A DNA stretch of 62,608 nt, the filler included, from Rhabdomonas costata (lineage: Eukaryota): assembly GCA_019059605.1 (NCBI GenBank). It is 34 parts of 34 records of this genome, joined end to end, with 100 filler letters (N's around TTAATTAATTAA, not from the genome) between each part and the next. Parts side by side here need not be neighbours in the genome. Positions count along the whole stretch, not along the records: positions 60,865 to 62,608 come from JAHMHO010009721.1; 33 more parts are not named here. One strand, given 5' to 3'. Under the pieces are notes generated by a model. That model saw only the letters and a list, made by a program, of their open reading frames with translations, had not been told where the DNA came from and ran no database searches. Of the stretch, positions 61,317-62,608 are shown piece after piece (position 1 is the first letter of the stretch; each line of letters opens with the position of its first letter). The translations under genes and the position numbers were made by a program.

Positions 61317-62277
61317 GGTCATGCATCCCTTGGGGCGGTACTACATGTACTTTGCGGGACACTCCGCAGAGGCTATCCGAGTGGCGTACTCCGACGCCCC
61401 TCAGGGGCCGTGGATGGTCCACGGCTCCCCAGCGCTGCGTGTCGGACAGGTCCGGCGGCTGCACTTCACAATGCGTGGAGGGTTCTTTCTTGCAGAGCCC
61501 TTTTTGTTGTTTCCTTTCATGAAAACTTCTTTTTAGGAGCTCCCCGTGGTATGCCGTATGCCGATAAGCGATGAGGCGTAAGGGAGTTTTGCACTCCACC
61601 CCATTCCCTTGATGCACTACTCTCCCTCCCCCCTTTCCTCCTTACGGTAAAATCTTCGGCTGCGCAATGTCTCTTAAGGGGCAGTTTTTCACTTTTCCTG
61701 ATGCTTACCATTGAGCCTGTGCCCAACATTTGCTGACTACTTTCCAATTGCCGTCACATGAGCAGTGGGCTCTGCTGTGCTGCGGCAACGTGATTCCGTG
61801 CGGTTTCGTGAAAGCAGTCGATCGCCCAAAAATGGCATTTTTCTTTTTGGGGGGGAGGCGGGGAATGACAACGAAAACTGGCTGTGCATTGGCGGACCCT
61901 CGAATGTTGTCCGAGGGTGGTGCTGATGAAAAAAAGCAATAAATGCAGTGGGGCCCCAGATTCGCACAAATTTTGCATTTCCCTTCGCATATGAACGACT
62001 GTCTGTTTTTGTGGCCAATGAACTCCCTGGGGTTCCGAGTTTCGACCCCATCTCCTCGCCGTCCCTGTCTTTAGGGGTGTGCTGTTCTCTGCGCCACGAC
62101 AGGTGAAGCACTGCGAGGGTCACATCGCCTCCCCCGATGTGCTCGTGGAGCCCGCAGCGCGGCGGGTGGTGCTGCACTTCCACTGCATAGTGGCCCACAG
62201 CCACCCCGCGCGGGCCCGGATCCCCGCCCACTGGGACAGCCGCTCCCAGTGCACCACCACGGCAGTCTCCACAGACG
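61317..62277 (+). CDS. Five-bladed beta-propeller glycoside-hydrolase-like protein (GH43/32/62/68-like, bacterial type); exons 61317-61449 and 62103-62277
   Basis: VMHPLGRYYMYFAGHSAEAIRVAYSDAPQGPWMVH...|VKHCEGHIASPDVLVEPAARRVVLHFHC...SQCTTTAVSTDG, with YYmYF, a.sd.p.GPW, HIASPDV and a.S.DG blade motifs; phase-0 GT-AG intron. Confidence 0.75.
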
Positions 62278-62608
62278 GTGAATATCCCCCAAACCTCCAG
62301 CCTATCGCTTCTGTTTGTGAGACAGGTCCAATTACACATCGAAATATGAGCCTCTGAGAGTTGGAGGACCGGTGGCAGCAGCCTGGAAGCAGGAAATCTG
62401 ACTGCGTGATAATAGTCCCAAGGAGGATCGTCTGTTGAGATATGAGAGAATAAGACCAGTGGGTAGTCACGAATCGTATGGTCCTCGGAGAATGGGGACG
62501 CAGGCGGCGCACCGTTGACCACAACTGTTGCAACAGCGGCGACGTGAAGCCAAAGTGAGCCCAGAGCATATTATGGGCACAGGATGCGAGACCCGACGAG
62601 GTTTTGTG

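Noticed and set aside
1-62608. Operon or gene-cluster reading of neighbouring genes (for example IOR, acyl-CoA synthetase, fumarase)
   Set aside because: Contigs are ordered by length, not genomic position, so adjacency has no meaning.
1-62608. Spliced-leader RNA, rRNA, hammerhead ribozymes, CRISPR arrays
   Set aside because: Looked for by eye and none found; the CTGATGA hits lack a properly placed GAAA core and stems.

Overview
This window is not one locus. It is 34 unrelated contigs of about 1.74 kb joined by 33 artificial 100-nt linkers (44 N + TTAATTAATTAA + 44 N), so no synteny can be read across linkers. The DNA is from an intron-rich eukaryotic nuclear genome: short GC3-rich exons, degenerate GTNYG-like donors, frequent GC-AG introns and often no polypyrimidine tract. 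Gene content and splice signals best fit a euglenid or other euglenozoan (inference). Gene fragments reconstructed by manual splicing include a CAMK/SNF1-like kinase, phospholipase B-like protein, PBP1-type receptor ectodomain, Ulp1/SENP protease, Hydin-like exon, MAPK, HERC-type HECT ligase, PSI domain, hybrid histidine kinase, AP-3 mu, ADP-forming acyl-CoA synthetase, MORN protein, class I fumarate hydratase, thioredoxin/PDI domain and a bacterial-type five-bladed beta-propeller. Mobile elements are an uninterrupted Penelope-like RT (Naiad/Chlamys-type) and a decayed Ty3/gypsy integrase. The best leads are: (1) an intron-containing gene for a bacterial fused indolepyruvate/2-oxoacid:ferredoxin oxidoreductase, which with the ADP-forming acyl-CoA synthetase suggests anaerobic amino-acid fermentation; (2) the Penelope-like element with no endonuclease directly after the RT; (3) two proteins built from one-exon-one-repeat modules; (4) hairpins and inverted repeats concentrated at contig ends and intron termini. 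All family calls come from motif recognition by eye; no searches were run.
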